Of a DNA stretch of 33,230 nucleotides, positions 25,882-33,230 are shown one piece after another. The notes under the pieces are model-generated. The model did not search any database. It worked only from the letters and a program-made list of their open reading frames with translations, and was not told the DNA's origin. The stretch comes from Patescibacteria group bacterium (lineage in GTDB: Bacteria > Patescibacteriota > Minisyncoccia > HO2-45-28): assembly GCA_038063435.1 (NCBI GenBank), contig JBBTVC010000016.1, positions 1 through 33,230 on the forward strand, read 5' to 3'. A program made the translations under genes and the position numbers. How positions within the stretch are numbered: position 1 is the stretch's first letter; every line of letters begins with the position of its first letter.

Positions 25882-26538
25882 ATGACGCATCGAGTTCATC
25901 CATATTCATTCAGGCTAGGTCAGGTTCGCGATTGGAAATCGCGCTGGTTTGACCTGCGCAACTTCCGTCATCTTCTTAAGGCAGATGTCAAGCTACGTTC
26001 GTGGTTGGGTGAGAAGCTGGCTAAAATGTACGTTTCAAAAATAGAAATTGAGCGCTCGCCAACGATGCTTAAAATCATAATTTTCACCTCGCGACCGGGC
26101 CTGATTATCGGGCGTTCGGGCGCCGGGGTTAATTTATTAAAAAATCAGATAGAAAAATTATTCGTAAAATTTTCAATGCCCAAGCCGCGCGAACTGCAGT
26201 TGGCGATTGAGGAGATTAAAAATCCGGAGGCTGATGCCGCGATTGTCGCTAAGATTGTTGCCGAAAATTTGGAAAAAAGGCTGTCCTTCAGGAGGGTTTT
26301 AAAACAAATTTTAAATAAAGTCGCCGCGCATAAAGAGGTTAAAGGCGTCAAAATCGCTTTAGCCGGAAGGCTGGACGGCTCGGAAATGAGCCGCCGCGAA
26401 TGGCTTTTACACGGCAGGATTCCTTTGCAGACCATAAGAGCGGATATTGATTTTGCCAGGGTCAGAGCCAAATTGCCGTACGGCGACATAGGCATAAAAG
26501 TTTGGATTTATAAGGGCGACGTGTTTGACCAAAAATAA
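25882..26538 (+). CDS. rpsC: 30S ribosomal protein S3
   Basis: HRVHPYSFRLGQVRDWKSRWF...IIGRSGAGVNLLK (KH domain)...GRLDGSEMSRREW. Confidence 0.95.
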   Translation: MTHRVHPYSFRLGQVRDWKSRWFDLRNFRHLLKADVKLRSWLGEKLAKMYVSKIEIERSPTMLKIIIFTSRPGLIIGRSGAGVNLLKNQIEKLFVKFSMPKPRELQLAIEEIKNPEADAAIVAKIVAENLEKRLSFRRVLKQILNKVAAHKEVKGVKIALAGRLDGSEMSRREWLLHGRIPLQTIRADIDFARVRAKLPYGDIGIKVWIYKGDVFDQK

Positions 26539-26544
26539 ATCATC

Positions 26545-26955
26545 ATGCTTTTTCCAAAGAAAGTTAAACATCGAAAATGGCATCGTCTGCGTTATAGCGA
26601 AGAAGGCGTTGAAAGCCGGGGATCGGAAGTCTCCTTTGGTTCTTTTGGTTTAAAATCCCAGGAAGGGGGCTGGATAATGGCAAGGCAAATTGAAGCCGGG
26701 CGCAAAGCTATATCGCGCCATGTGCAAAAAGGAGGCAAAATGTGGATCAGAATATTTCCCGATCGTCCAAGAACCGCCAAGCCCCCGGAGACCGGAATGG
26801 GCGCGGGCAAGGGCGACCCCATAGGTTATTTCGCGATGGTCAAGGCCGGGCGCGTGATCTTTGAAGTCGACGGCCTAAGCGAAGAAGACTCGCGCGAGGC
26901 CCTGCGTAAAGCCGGAGCTAAACTGGGCATTAAGACCAAAATAATAAAACGATGA
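26545..26955 (+). CDS. rplP: 50S ribosomal protein L16
   Basis: MLFPKKVKHRKWHR...ARQIEAGRKAISRHVQKGGKMWIRIFPDRP...MGAGKGDP. Confidence 0.95.
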   Translation: MLFPKKVKHRKWHRLRYSEEGVESRGSEVSFGSFGLKSQEGGWIMARQIEAGRKAISRHVQKGGKMWIRIFPDRPRTAKPPETGMGAGKGDPIGYFAMVKAGRVIFEVDGLSEEDSREALRKAGAKLGIKTKIIKR

Positions 26956-27149
26956 AAGCTAAAGATATTTTCAGCAAGAATAGCGTTTCAGATCTTGAAA
27001 GCGTCCTTGGCGATGAGCGTGAGCGCTTAAGGCAGTTTCGTTTTGCCGTAGTGCAGTCTAAAATCAAAAATGTTAAAAGCGGCCGAGAAACCAGACGAAC
27101 TATAGCCAGAATTTTGACTCGTCTAAATCAAGTAAAAAAACATGACTGA
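26952..27149 (+). CDS. rpmC: 50S ribosomal protein L29
   Basis: 65 aa with L..ERERLRQFRFAVVQSKIKNVKSGRETRRTIARILTRL. Its position between rplP and rpsQ fits. Confidence 0.85.
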   Translation: MKAKDIFSKNSVSDLESVLGDERERLRQFRFAVVQSKIKNVKSGRETRRTIARILTRLNQVKKHD

Positions 27150-27381
27150 ACCAACTAAACACAAACAAACATTTAAAGGCAAAATCGTTTCTTCCGCCGG
27201 CAAGTCGGCGGTTGTTGAGGTTATGCGCTATATTAAACATCCTAAATACCGCAAATATTTTAAAAGGTCCAAGAAATACGGCGTTCATGATGAAACCGGA
27301 CAGCATAAAATAGGCGAAACGGTAGTCATAGAATCAAGCCGGCCGCTTTCAGGGTCTAAAAATTGGATTATAAAAAATTGA
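27142..27381 (+). CDS. rpsQ: 30S ribosomal protein S17
   Basis: [41 protein letters not shown]...[18 protein letters not shown]. Confidence 0.9.
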   Translation: MTEPTKHKQTFKGKIVSSAGKSAVVEVMRYIKHPKYRKYFKRSKKYGVHDETGQHKIGETVVIESSRPLSGSKNWIIKN

Positions 27382-27382
27382 T

Positions 27383-27748
27383 ATGATTCAGCCCAGATCA
27401 ATGATTGGAATAGCCGATAATTCCGGAGCCAAAATTATACAATGCATCCGTGTTTTGGGTGGCACCAGGAAGAGATACGCCCGCATCGGCGATATTATTG
27501 TCGCTTCGGTAAAAAAGGCCGAGCCGCGCAAGGAGGTTAAGAAAAAAGACGTGGTTCGCGCGGTTATAGTCCGACAACGTCAGCCTTATCGCCGGAGAGA
27601 CGGCACTTATGTCAGATTTGACGATAATGCCGCTGTGATTGTTGACGGCAAAGAGCCAAAGGGCGGACGTATTTTCGGGCCGGTGCCAAGAGAATTGCGC
27701 GAGCGGGGCTTTGTTAAAATTATTTCTTTAGCTCCGGAGGTGGTTTAA
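27383..27748 (+). CDS. rplN: 50S ribosomal protein L14
   Basis: [27 protein letters not shown]...[10 protein letters not shown]...[12 protein letters not shown]. Confidence 0.97.
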   Translation: MIQPRSMIGIADNSGAKIIQCIRVLGGTRKRYARIGDIIVASVKKAEPRKEVKKKDVVRAVIVRQRQPYRRRDGTYVRFDDNAAVIVDGKEPKGGRIFGPVPRELRERGFVKIISLAPEVV

Positions 27749-27749
27749 T

Positions 27750-28067
27750 ATGGCAAGCGCAATCAAAAAAAACGACTTGGTTAAAATTTTAAGCGGAAAA
27801 GACCGGGGAAAAACCGGCCGCGCGCTTAAAATATTACCGCGGGAAAACCGTATTGTGGTTGAGGGCGTAAATATCAGAAAACGCCATCGCCGCCCTCGTA
27901 AGCAAGGTGAGAAGGGTCAGGTCGTACAGATTCCGGTTCCGATCCATGTTTCAAGCGCGATGCTGATTTGCCCGTCTTGCTCCAAAGCCCAGAGGACAAA
28001 AAACTCGGTTGATGCCGAAGGAAATAAATTTAGGGCCTGCCGAAAATGCAGCGCTAAAATACCATGA
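27750..28067 (+). CDS. rplX: 50S ribosomal protein L24 (Cys4 zinc-ribbon-type C-terminus)
   Basis: IKKNDLVKILSGKDRGKTGRALKILPRENRIVVEGVNIRKRH is a KOW motif. The C-terminus is CPSC...CRKC. Confidence 0.9.
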   Translation: MASAIKKNDLVKILSGKDRGKTGRALKILPRENRIVVEGVNIRKRHRRPRKQGEKGQVVQIPVPIHVSSAMLICPSCSKAQRTKNSVDAEGNKFRACRKCSAKIP

Positions 28068-28597
28068 GCGACGCCAAAATAAAATATAAAGAAAACGTAA
28101 TTAGCCAGCTTAAAAAAGAGCTTGGTCTGAAGAACGCTCTGGCCTGCCCGCGCTTGATTAAAATTGTAGTAAACACCGGCGTAGGCCGCAAAGAGGAAAA
28201 GGACATCGAGATTGTCGCTAAACATCTGGAAATGATCGTCGGGCAAAAATGCGCGCCCAAGAAAGCCAAAAAATCCATTGCCACTTTCAAAACCAGAAAA
28301 GGCGTGGTTGTGGGACTGGCTTGCGCTCTGCGGGGCGCCCGAATGTATGATTTTTTTGAGCGACTGATAAGTGTCGCGCTTCCGCGCCTTCGCGACTTCA
28401 GGGGCATTGATCCAAAAACGATTGATTCTTCGGGTAACTTGACGATTGGCTTGAAAGAGCATATCGTATTTCCAGAAATAGCCGGCGAAGATATTAAGGT
28501 CCCGTTCGGTCTTGAGGTTACGCTGGTTACAAGCGCCCGATCAAAGGCTGAAGCCGCCGCGCTTTTTAAGGCGTTGGGCGTGCCGTTCAAAAAATAA
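28064..28597 (+). CDS. rplE: 50S ribosomal protein L5
   Basis: CPRLIKIVVNTGVG...FKTRKGVVVGLACALRGARMYDFFERLI...RDFRG. Confidence 0.95.
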   Translation: MSDAKIKYKENVISQLKKELGLKNALACPRLIKIVVNTGVGRKEEKDIEIVAKHLEMIVGQKCAPKKAKKSIATFKTRKGVVVGLACALRGARMYDFFERLISVALPRLRDFRGIDPKTIDSSGNLTIGLKEHIVFPEIAGEDIKVPFGLEVTLVTSARSKAEAAALFKALGVPFKK

Positions 28598-28600
28598 TTT

Positions 28601-28786
28601 ATGGCCAAAACATCAGTTGTAGCCAGAGCACAGAAAAAACCAAAATATAAATCGCGCGTGGTGCGGCGTTGTTTTCGTTGCGGCCGAAAACGCGGCTATA
28701 TGCGTGATTTTGATTTATGCCGCATTTGTTTCAGAGAGCTGGCCAACGAAGGCGAGATACCAGGAATTCGTAAATCATCATGGTAA
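28601..28786 (+). CDS. rpsN: 30S ribosomal protein S14, short zinc-binding (type Z) form
   Basis: 61 aa with [25 protein letters not shown] and two CxxC pairs. Confidence 0.93.
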   Translation: MAKTSVVARAQKKPKYKSRVVRRCFRCGRKRGYMRDFDLCRICFRELANEGEIPGIRKSSW

Positions 28787-29175
28787 ACGATCCGATTGGC
28801 GACATGTTCACGCGCATAAAGAACGCCGGGCGCGCCCGAAAGCACGCAGCTACATTTTCGTATTCAAAAATCAAAATGGATATCGCTAAGCTTTTAGAAA
28901 AGAGGGGGCTTGTCGGTGAGATTGCCAAGCGCGGTAAAAAAAATCGCCGCAACATCGAAACAGTTTTGCTTTATGACATGTCGGGCGCAAGCAAGATTTC
29001 GGAAATAAGGCGGGTTTCAAAGCCGTCGCGCCGAATTTATAATGGCTGGCGCGAGTTGAAGCCGCTAAAAGGCGGAATGGGTTTATATATTATTTCTTCG
29101 CCCGTAGGTTTAATAGACGATACGCAAGCGCGAAAATTAAAAGTCGGAGGAGAGGTTTTGGGCGAAGTGTGGTAG
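28780..29175 (+). CDS. rpsH: 30S ribosomal protein S8
   Basis: [21 protein letters not shown]...[34 protein letters not shown]. Confidence 0.95.
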   Translation: MVNDPIGDMFTRIKNAGRARKHAATFSYSKIKMDIAKLLEKRGLVGEIAKRGKKNRRNIETVLLYDMSGASKISEIRRVSKPSRRIYNGWRELKPLKGGMGLYIISSPVGLIDDTQARKLKVGGEVLGEVW

Positions 29176-29181
29176 AGAAAT

Positions 29182-29724
29182 ATGAGCCGTTTAGCAAAAA
29201 AACCAATAATGTTGCTCCAAGGCGTTACTGTCGAGTGTAAGGACGGAGAATTGAGGGTCGGAGGCCCTAAGGGCGAACTAATCCGTAAGATTCCGCCTGA
29301 AGTTGCTTTTGAGATGTCACCGGGCGAAGTCCGTGTTAAATTAGTTGAGGGCCTGCAAGGTTCGTCCGCGATTTTAGGCACCCACGTAAGACATCTTAAA
29401 AATATGATTGAGGGCGTAACAAAAGGATTTGAAAAGAAACTGGAATTGGAGGGCATAGGCTTTAAGGCTGAAGTCCGCGGAAGCGAGCTGGTCTTAAATA
29501 TTGGTTTTTCCCATCAGGTCAAGATTGTTCCGCCAAAAGGCGTGGCTTTTGCGGTCGAGAAAAATGTCATAACTGTTTCCGGGCTGGACAAAGAAATGGT
29601 CGGCAACGCGGAGGCGGTCATAAGAAGCAAGAAAAAACCGGAGCCATATAAAGGAAAGGGCATTCATTATGCCGGCGAAGTCATAAGGCGTAAGTCCGGT
29701 AAAAAGGTGGTTGCGGCCGGCTAA
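29182..29724 (+). CDS. rplF: 50S ribosomal protein L6
   Basis: MSRLAKKPIMLLQGVTVE...LELEGIGFKAEV...KKPEPYKGKGIHYAGE. Confidence 0.95.
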   Translation: MSRLAKKPIMLLQGVTVECKDGELRVGGPKGELIRKIPPEVAFEMSPGEVRVKLVEGLQGSSAILGTHVRHLKNMIEGVTKGFEKKLELEGIGFKAEVRGSELVLNIGFSHQVKIVPPKGVAFAVEKNVITVSGLDKEMVGNAEAVIRSKKKPEPYKGKGIHYAGEVIRRKSGKKVVAAG

Positions 29725-29735
29725 AATTTTAATTT

Positions 29736-30086
29736 ATGGAAAATCAAAAACAAAAAAGAATACGCCGACACAAAAGAGCGCGCAGCCGTTTTTACGGAAC
29801 CGGCGAGCGTCCGCGTCTTTCGGTTTTCCGTTCCAATCGAAGTATTTATGCCCAGATTATAAATGACGAAAAAGGATCAACTATCGTTGGTCTTTCCGAC
29901 GCTTCGGTCAAAAATTCCAAAAAACAAAATAAGAGCGAGCGGGCCCGCGAAGCCGGACGCATGATTGCCGAAAAAGCCAAAGAAGCCAAAATTAAAAAAG
30001 TGGTATATGATCGCGGTGGCTATAAGTACCACGGGCGGGTTAAGGCTCTGGCCGAAGGCGCGAGAGAAGGAGGCCTGGAATTTTAA
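29736..30086 (+). CDS. rplR: 50S ribosomal protein L18
   Basis: RIRRHKRARSRFYGTGERPRLSVFRSNRSIYAQIINDE...YDRGGYKYHGRVKALAEGAREGGLEF. Confidence 0.93.
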   Translation: MENQKQKRIRRHKRARSRFYGTGERPRLSVFRSNRSIYAQIINDEKGSTIVGLSDASVKNSKKQNKSERAREAGRMIAEKAKEAKIKKVVYDRGGYKYHGRVKALAEGAREGGLEF

Positions 30087-30094
30087 TTATTTAT

Positions 30095-30565
30095 ATGAGA
30101 AAAGATTTTTTAGGAACTAGGGAAAAAAGAGAATCTGACTTAGATCAGAAGCTTGTTGATTTACGCCGGGTCGCCCGCGTGGTCGCCGGCGGCAGGCGCT
30201 TTAGTTTCAGGGCCACGGTTGTGGTGGGTAATAGACTGGGCGATGTCGGCGTGGGAACGGCTAAAGCCGCGGACACCGCGACTGCTATCCAGAAAGCGGT
30301 GAGGCAAGCCAGCAAAAGGACCATCAAAATTCCCATAACCAAAGCCCGTTCCATCCCTTACGATGTTCGCGGAAAATTCGCAAGCGCTGAAGTCGTAATA
30401 AGGCCGGCAGTCGAAGGCCACGGCCTTGTTGCCGGAAGCTCGGTGCGCACGGTTTTGGATTTCGCCGGAATTAAAAACGCATCAGCTAAGATTTTATCCC
30501 ACACCAAAAATAAAATATCGAATGCCCGCGCGGCTATAGAAGCTTTAAAAAAGATTAAGACATAA
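30095..30565 (+). CDS. rpsE: 30S ribosomal protein S5
   Basis: LRRVARVVAGGRRFSFRATVVVGNRLGDVGVGTAKAADTATAIQKA...GSSVRTVLDFAGIKN. Confidence 0.95.
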   Translation: MRKDFLGTREKRESDLDQKLVDLRRVARVVAGGRRFSFRATVVVGNRLGDVGVGTAKAADTATAIQKAVRQASKRTIKIPITKARSIPYDVRGKFASAEVVIRPAVEGHGLVAGSSVRTVLDFAGIKNASAKILSHTKNKISNARAAIEALKKIKT

Positions 30566-30574
30566 ACTTTAATC

Positions 30575-31021
30575 ATGCAGATCCACGATTTGAAACCCAA
30601 AACCAAAACAAAAAGCAAGAAGAGAATCGGCCGCGGCGGAAAGCGCGGCACTTATTCCGGACGAGGCATTAAAGGCCAGAAGGCCAGGGCCGGACACAGA
30701 ATGCGGCCGGAAATGCGCGATATCCTGAAAAAAATTCCCAAACTCCGGGGCTATCGCGCTAAAATCCGTCCAAAAATAGTCGCGGTCGTAAATGTCGGTG
30801 ATTTGGAAAAACATTTCGCGCCGGGCGACAAGGTCACGCCGCAAGAGCTTATCAAAAAAGGCCTTTTAAGAAAAATAGGAGGCCAAATTCCGGCAACAAA
30901 GCTTTTGGGCTCGGGGGAGATAACCAAGAAGCTTCTGGTCGCGGACTGCCAGATATCTAAAAGCGCTAGAGATAAAATAGAAAAAGCTGGTGGCAACGTC
31001 GTGCTGAAGTCTAAAAATTAA
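30575..31021 (+). CDS. rplO: 50S ribosomal protein L15
   Basis: LKPKTKTKSKKRIGRGGKRGTYSGRGIKGQKARAG. It follows rpsE after 9 nt. Confidence 0.93.
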   Translation: MQIHDLKPKTKTKSKKRIGRGGKRGTYSGRGIKGQKARAGHRMRPEMRDILKKIPKLRGYRAKIRPKIVAVVNVGDLEKHFAPGDKVTPQELIKKGLLRKIGGQIPATKLLGSGEITKKLLVADCQISKSARDKIEKAGGNVVLKSKN

Positions 31022-31030
31022 AATTGCAAT

Positions 31031-32296
31031 ATGTTTCAGAAATTCAAACTTATTTTCACCGACCCCGATCTAAGAAAAAAAATACTTTTTGTTTTATTGA
31101 TTTTGGCCATTTTTCGCGCCGGCGCCACTATTCCTATTCCGGGGGTGGATCAGGAGAGGCTAGCCGCTTTTTTCGGCGGCAATCAATTTTTCGGCCTTTT
31201 AAATATCTTTTCGGGCGGAGCCCTGGACAATCTTTCAATTATGATGCTCGGCGTCGGGCCTTATATCACCGCTTCAATTATTATGCAGCTTTTGACCATG
31301 ATTTTTCCGCGCTTTAAAGAGATGTATCAGGAAGAAGGAGAGGCCGGCCGTCAAAAGTTTAATCAGTATTCGCGCCTAGCCACCGTTCCTCTGGCCTTGC
31401 TTCAGGGTTTCGGCCTTTTGACTCTTTTGTCGCGCCAGGGAGTTTTGGGAGAGCTTTCTTTGTTTGGCCACATAACCAATATCATCATAGTTACCGCGGG
31501 GTCAATACTTCTAATGTGGCTGGGAGAACTGATATCCGAATACGGGATAGGCAACGGCGTTTCAATTCTTATTTTCGCAGGCATCATCTCCGGCGTGCCG
31601 CAGGCTTTGGGCCAGACTATCTTTGCTTCCGACATTTATCAATTGCCGGTCATTTTGGGGTTTGCGCTCGCGGCGGCCTTAACCGTTGCCGCGGTTGTCA
31701 TAATTACCGAAGGTCAAAGGCCAGTTCCGGTATCTTATGCCAGACGCGTACGCGGCTCTAAGATGTATGGCGGAAGTTCAACGTATTTGCCATTAAGAGT
31801 GAATCAGGCCGGAGTCATTCCGATAATTTTCGCTCTTTCCATACTTCTTTTTCCGCAAATGATCATAAATTTTATTGCCGGTATTGATAATGGCGCTATC
31901 AAGGCTGTTTCCGCAGCGCTTTTAAACTTTTTTAACAACCCTTGGATTTATGCCGGCCTTTATTTTATCTTGGTGTTTTTGTTCACTTATTTTTATACCG
32001 CGGTTACTTTTGATCCCGACGCCATATCTTCAAATCTGCAGAAATCGGGGGCTTTTGTTCCAGGAATAAGGCCGGGCCGCCCAACGTCTGAATTTCTGTA
32101 TAAAATTCTTAACCGCATAACTTTAATCGGCGCTTTATTTTTGGGCGCAATCGCGGTTTTGCCTCTGGCTATGCGCGCGGTAACCGGCTTGGTTACTTTG
32201 ACCATAGGCGGAACAGCCCTTTTGATTGTTGTTTCGGTGGTTTTGGAAACTATCAAGCAAATTGAAGCCCAGATGGTGATGAGAAGCTACGATTAG
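31031..32296 (+). CDS. secY: Preprotein translocase subunit SecY
   Basis: 421 aa, polytopic (about 10 TM helices). Contains GATIPIPGVD, LGVGPYITASIIMQLL and a SecY-like C-terminus. Confidence 0.96.
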   Translation: MFQKFKLIFTDPDLRKKILFVLLILAIFRAGATIPIPGVDQERLAAFFGGNQFFGLLNIFSGGALDNLSIMMLGVGPYITASIIMQLLTMIFPRFKEMYQEEGEAGRQKFNQYSRLATVPLALLQGFGLLTLLSRQGVLGELSLFGHITNIIIVTAGSILLMWLGELISEYGIGNGVSILIFAGIISGVPQALGQTIFASDIYQLPVILGFALAAALTVAAVVIITEGQRPVPVSYARRVRGSKMYGGSSTYLPLRVNQAGVIPIIFALSILLFPQMIINFIAGIDNGAIKAVSAALLNFFNNPWIYAGLYFILVFLFTYFYTAVTFDPDAISSNLQKSGAFVPGIRPGRPTSEFLYKILNRITLIGALFLGAIAVLPLAMRAVTGLVTLTIGGTALLIVVSVVLETIKQIEAQMVMRSYD

Positions 32297-32348
32297 CCGT
32301 TTTGATTTTTTGACCGAATAGTTTTATGCTTATAAAAGATTTCTAAAT

Positions 32349-32951
32349 ATGGGAGATCCGACAGTGCTTCTATTTATGGGCTTCTCCGGCTCCGGTAAGG
32401 ATACGCAGGCCGGCTTGGTTCGTGAGGTCTTAGAAAAGAAAAGCGGAAAAAACTCCGTTCTTTGGCTTTCAACCGGCGATATTTTAAGGGGAATAGTAAA
32501 AAATGGAAGCTATGCCGGAAAGGTGGTTGATGAAAAGGTAATGAGGGCGGGTAATATTGCTCCGCCGTTTCTGGCAACTTTTTTATGGGCCGATCGCATC
32601 ATTAAAGAGCTTCGGGAGAATCAGCATATTATTTTTCCAAGCTCGCCCCGCACCATTAACGAAGCCCGTGATCTCGACGAGCTGGCTGTTTTTTTTGAGA
32701 TAAAAAAAGTTTTCCCTATTTATCTTAATGTTGAACGCGATGAGGCGTTTAAACGGCTTAAAGCAAGAGGCAGGGCGGATGATACTGACGAAGTCATTAA
32801 TAACAGACTTAACTATTTCGCAAAGCACGTTTTGCCCGCGGTTGAGTATTTCCGAAACGAAAGCAAAAATAAATTGATTGAAATTGACGGCAATCCCAAT
32901 GAAATTCAGTTCATTCACCGGCAGATTATTGCCGCAATCGGATTAAAATGA
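32349..32951 (+). CDS. adk: Adenylate kinase (short-LID nucleoside monophosphate kinase)
   Basis: P-loop GFSGSGKDTQ and a conserved position between secY and map. The sequence is diverged, so the call rests partly on synteny. Confidence 0.75.
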   Translation: MGDPTVLLFMGFSGSGKDTQAGLVREVLEKKSGKNSVLWLSTGDILRGIVKNGSYAGKVVDEKVMRAGNIAPPFLATFLWADRIIKELRENQHIIFPSSPRTINEARDLDELAVFFEIKKVFPIYLNVERDEAFKRLKARGRADDTDEVINNRLNYFAKHVLPAVEYFRNESKNKLIEIDGNPNEIQFIHRQIIAAIGLK

Positions 32952-33230
32952 TCGTAAAATCAAAAAAAGAAATAGATATACTTAAAAAAAGCGGGCAAAT
33001 ACTTGCCCGCGTTTTGGCGCGTCTTGAGCGTGAAATAAGGCCGGGGGTTTATGCGGCCGACTTGGATAAACTCGCCGAGAGCGAAATAAAAAAGGCCGGA
33101 GCCGAACCATCTTTTAAAAATTATCATGAGGGTAAAGAGCTCCCGTTTCCGGCGTCAATTTGTTTGTCCGTAAACGACGAAATCGTTCATGGAATTCCAA
33201 ATGAGAAACCAACTATTTTACAAGAAGGTG
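32948..33230 (+). CDS. map: Methionine aminopeptidase type I (5' partial, runs off the window)
   Basis: MIVKSKKEIDILKKSGQILARVL...SFKNYHEGKELPFPASICLSVNDEIVHGIP. Its ATG overlaps the adk stop as ATGA. Confidence 0.85.
   Translation, partial: MIVKSKKEIDILKKSGQILARVLARLEREIRPGVYAADLDKLAESEIKKAGAEPSFKNYHEGKELPFPASICLSVNDEIVHGIPNEKPTILQEG

Noticed and set aside
27950-28067. Cys4 zinc ribbon at the L24 C-terminus as a novelty
   Set aside because: As far as I recall, CxxC...CxxC-type L24 C-termini occur in other bacteria (Thermus-type L24). It is a known variant and not a new feature.
31024-31317. 97-aa ORF overlapping the start of secY in another frame
   Set aside because: It lies entirely within the well-supported secY gene and has an implausible composition.

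Overview
This 33.2-kb window comes from a streamlined, moderately AT-rich bacterial genome. It is dominated by translation and housekeeping genes. Several traits fit a Candidate Phyla Radiation/Patescibacteria (Parcubacteria-like) organism, though that assignment is inference: the S10-spc ribosomal-protein cluster has no rpmD/L30, some r-proteins are extended, intergenic spacers are tiny, and core genes lack Shine-Dalgarno (SD) sites.

Gene order, left to right:
- tRNA-Pro(GGG) and rpmB on the minus strand, then an M50 site-2 protease.
- rpsL-rpsG-[orphan 211-aa gene]-fusA.
- An envelope cluster at 4.9-10.2 kb: a secreted S1 protease, a membrane-tethered S1-like protease, a translationally coupled MotA/ExbB-like plus ExbD-like pair on the minus strand, and an S41 PDZ protease.
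- ftsK, whose gamma domain is out of frame, then a small Ig-like membrane protein, recA and a membrane protein.
- rpsF-ssb-rpsR and ychF on the minus strand, then a phosphomannomutase/phosphoglucomutase gene (PMM/PGM, 'pmm' below).
- A 1.7-kb accessory islet of three orphan genes, then trpS on the minus strand.
- tuf-rpsJ-rplCDWB-rpsS-rplV-rpsC-rplP-rpmC-rpsQ-rplNXE-rpsN-rpsH-rplFR-rpsE-rplO-secY-adk-map (map is partial).

I found no rRNA, CRISPR array, transposase or integrase.

Two things stand out. First, in the pmm-trpS islet two single-gene cassettes are bounded by three direct copies of the trpS 3' end. The two relic copies still read KIGLLDF-stop. Each cassette repeats the same intergenic module of hairpin, CGATCG palindrome and -35 box. 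Second, a proton-channel stator-like pair has a B subunit carrying a non-canonical C-terminal domain and sits among three exported serine proteases.
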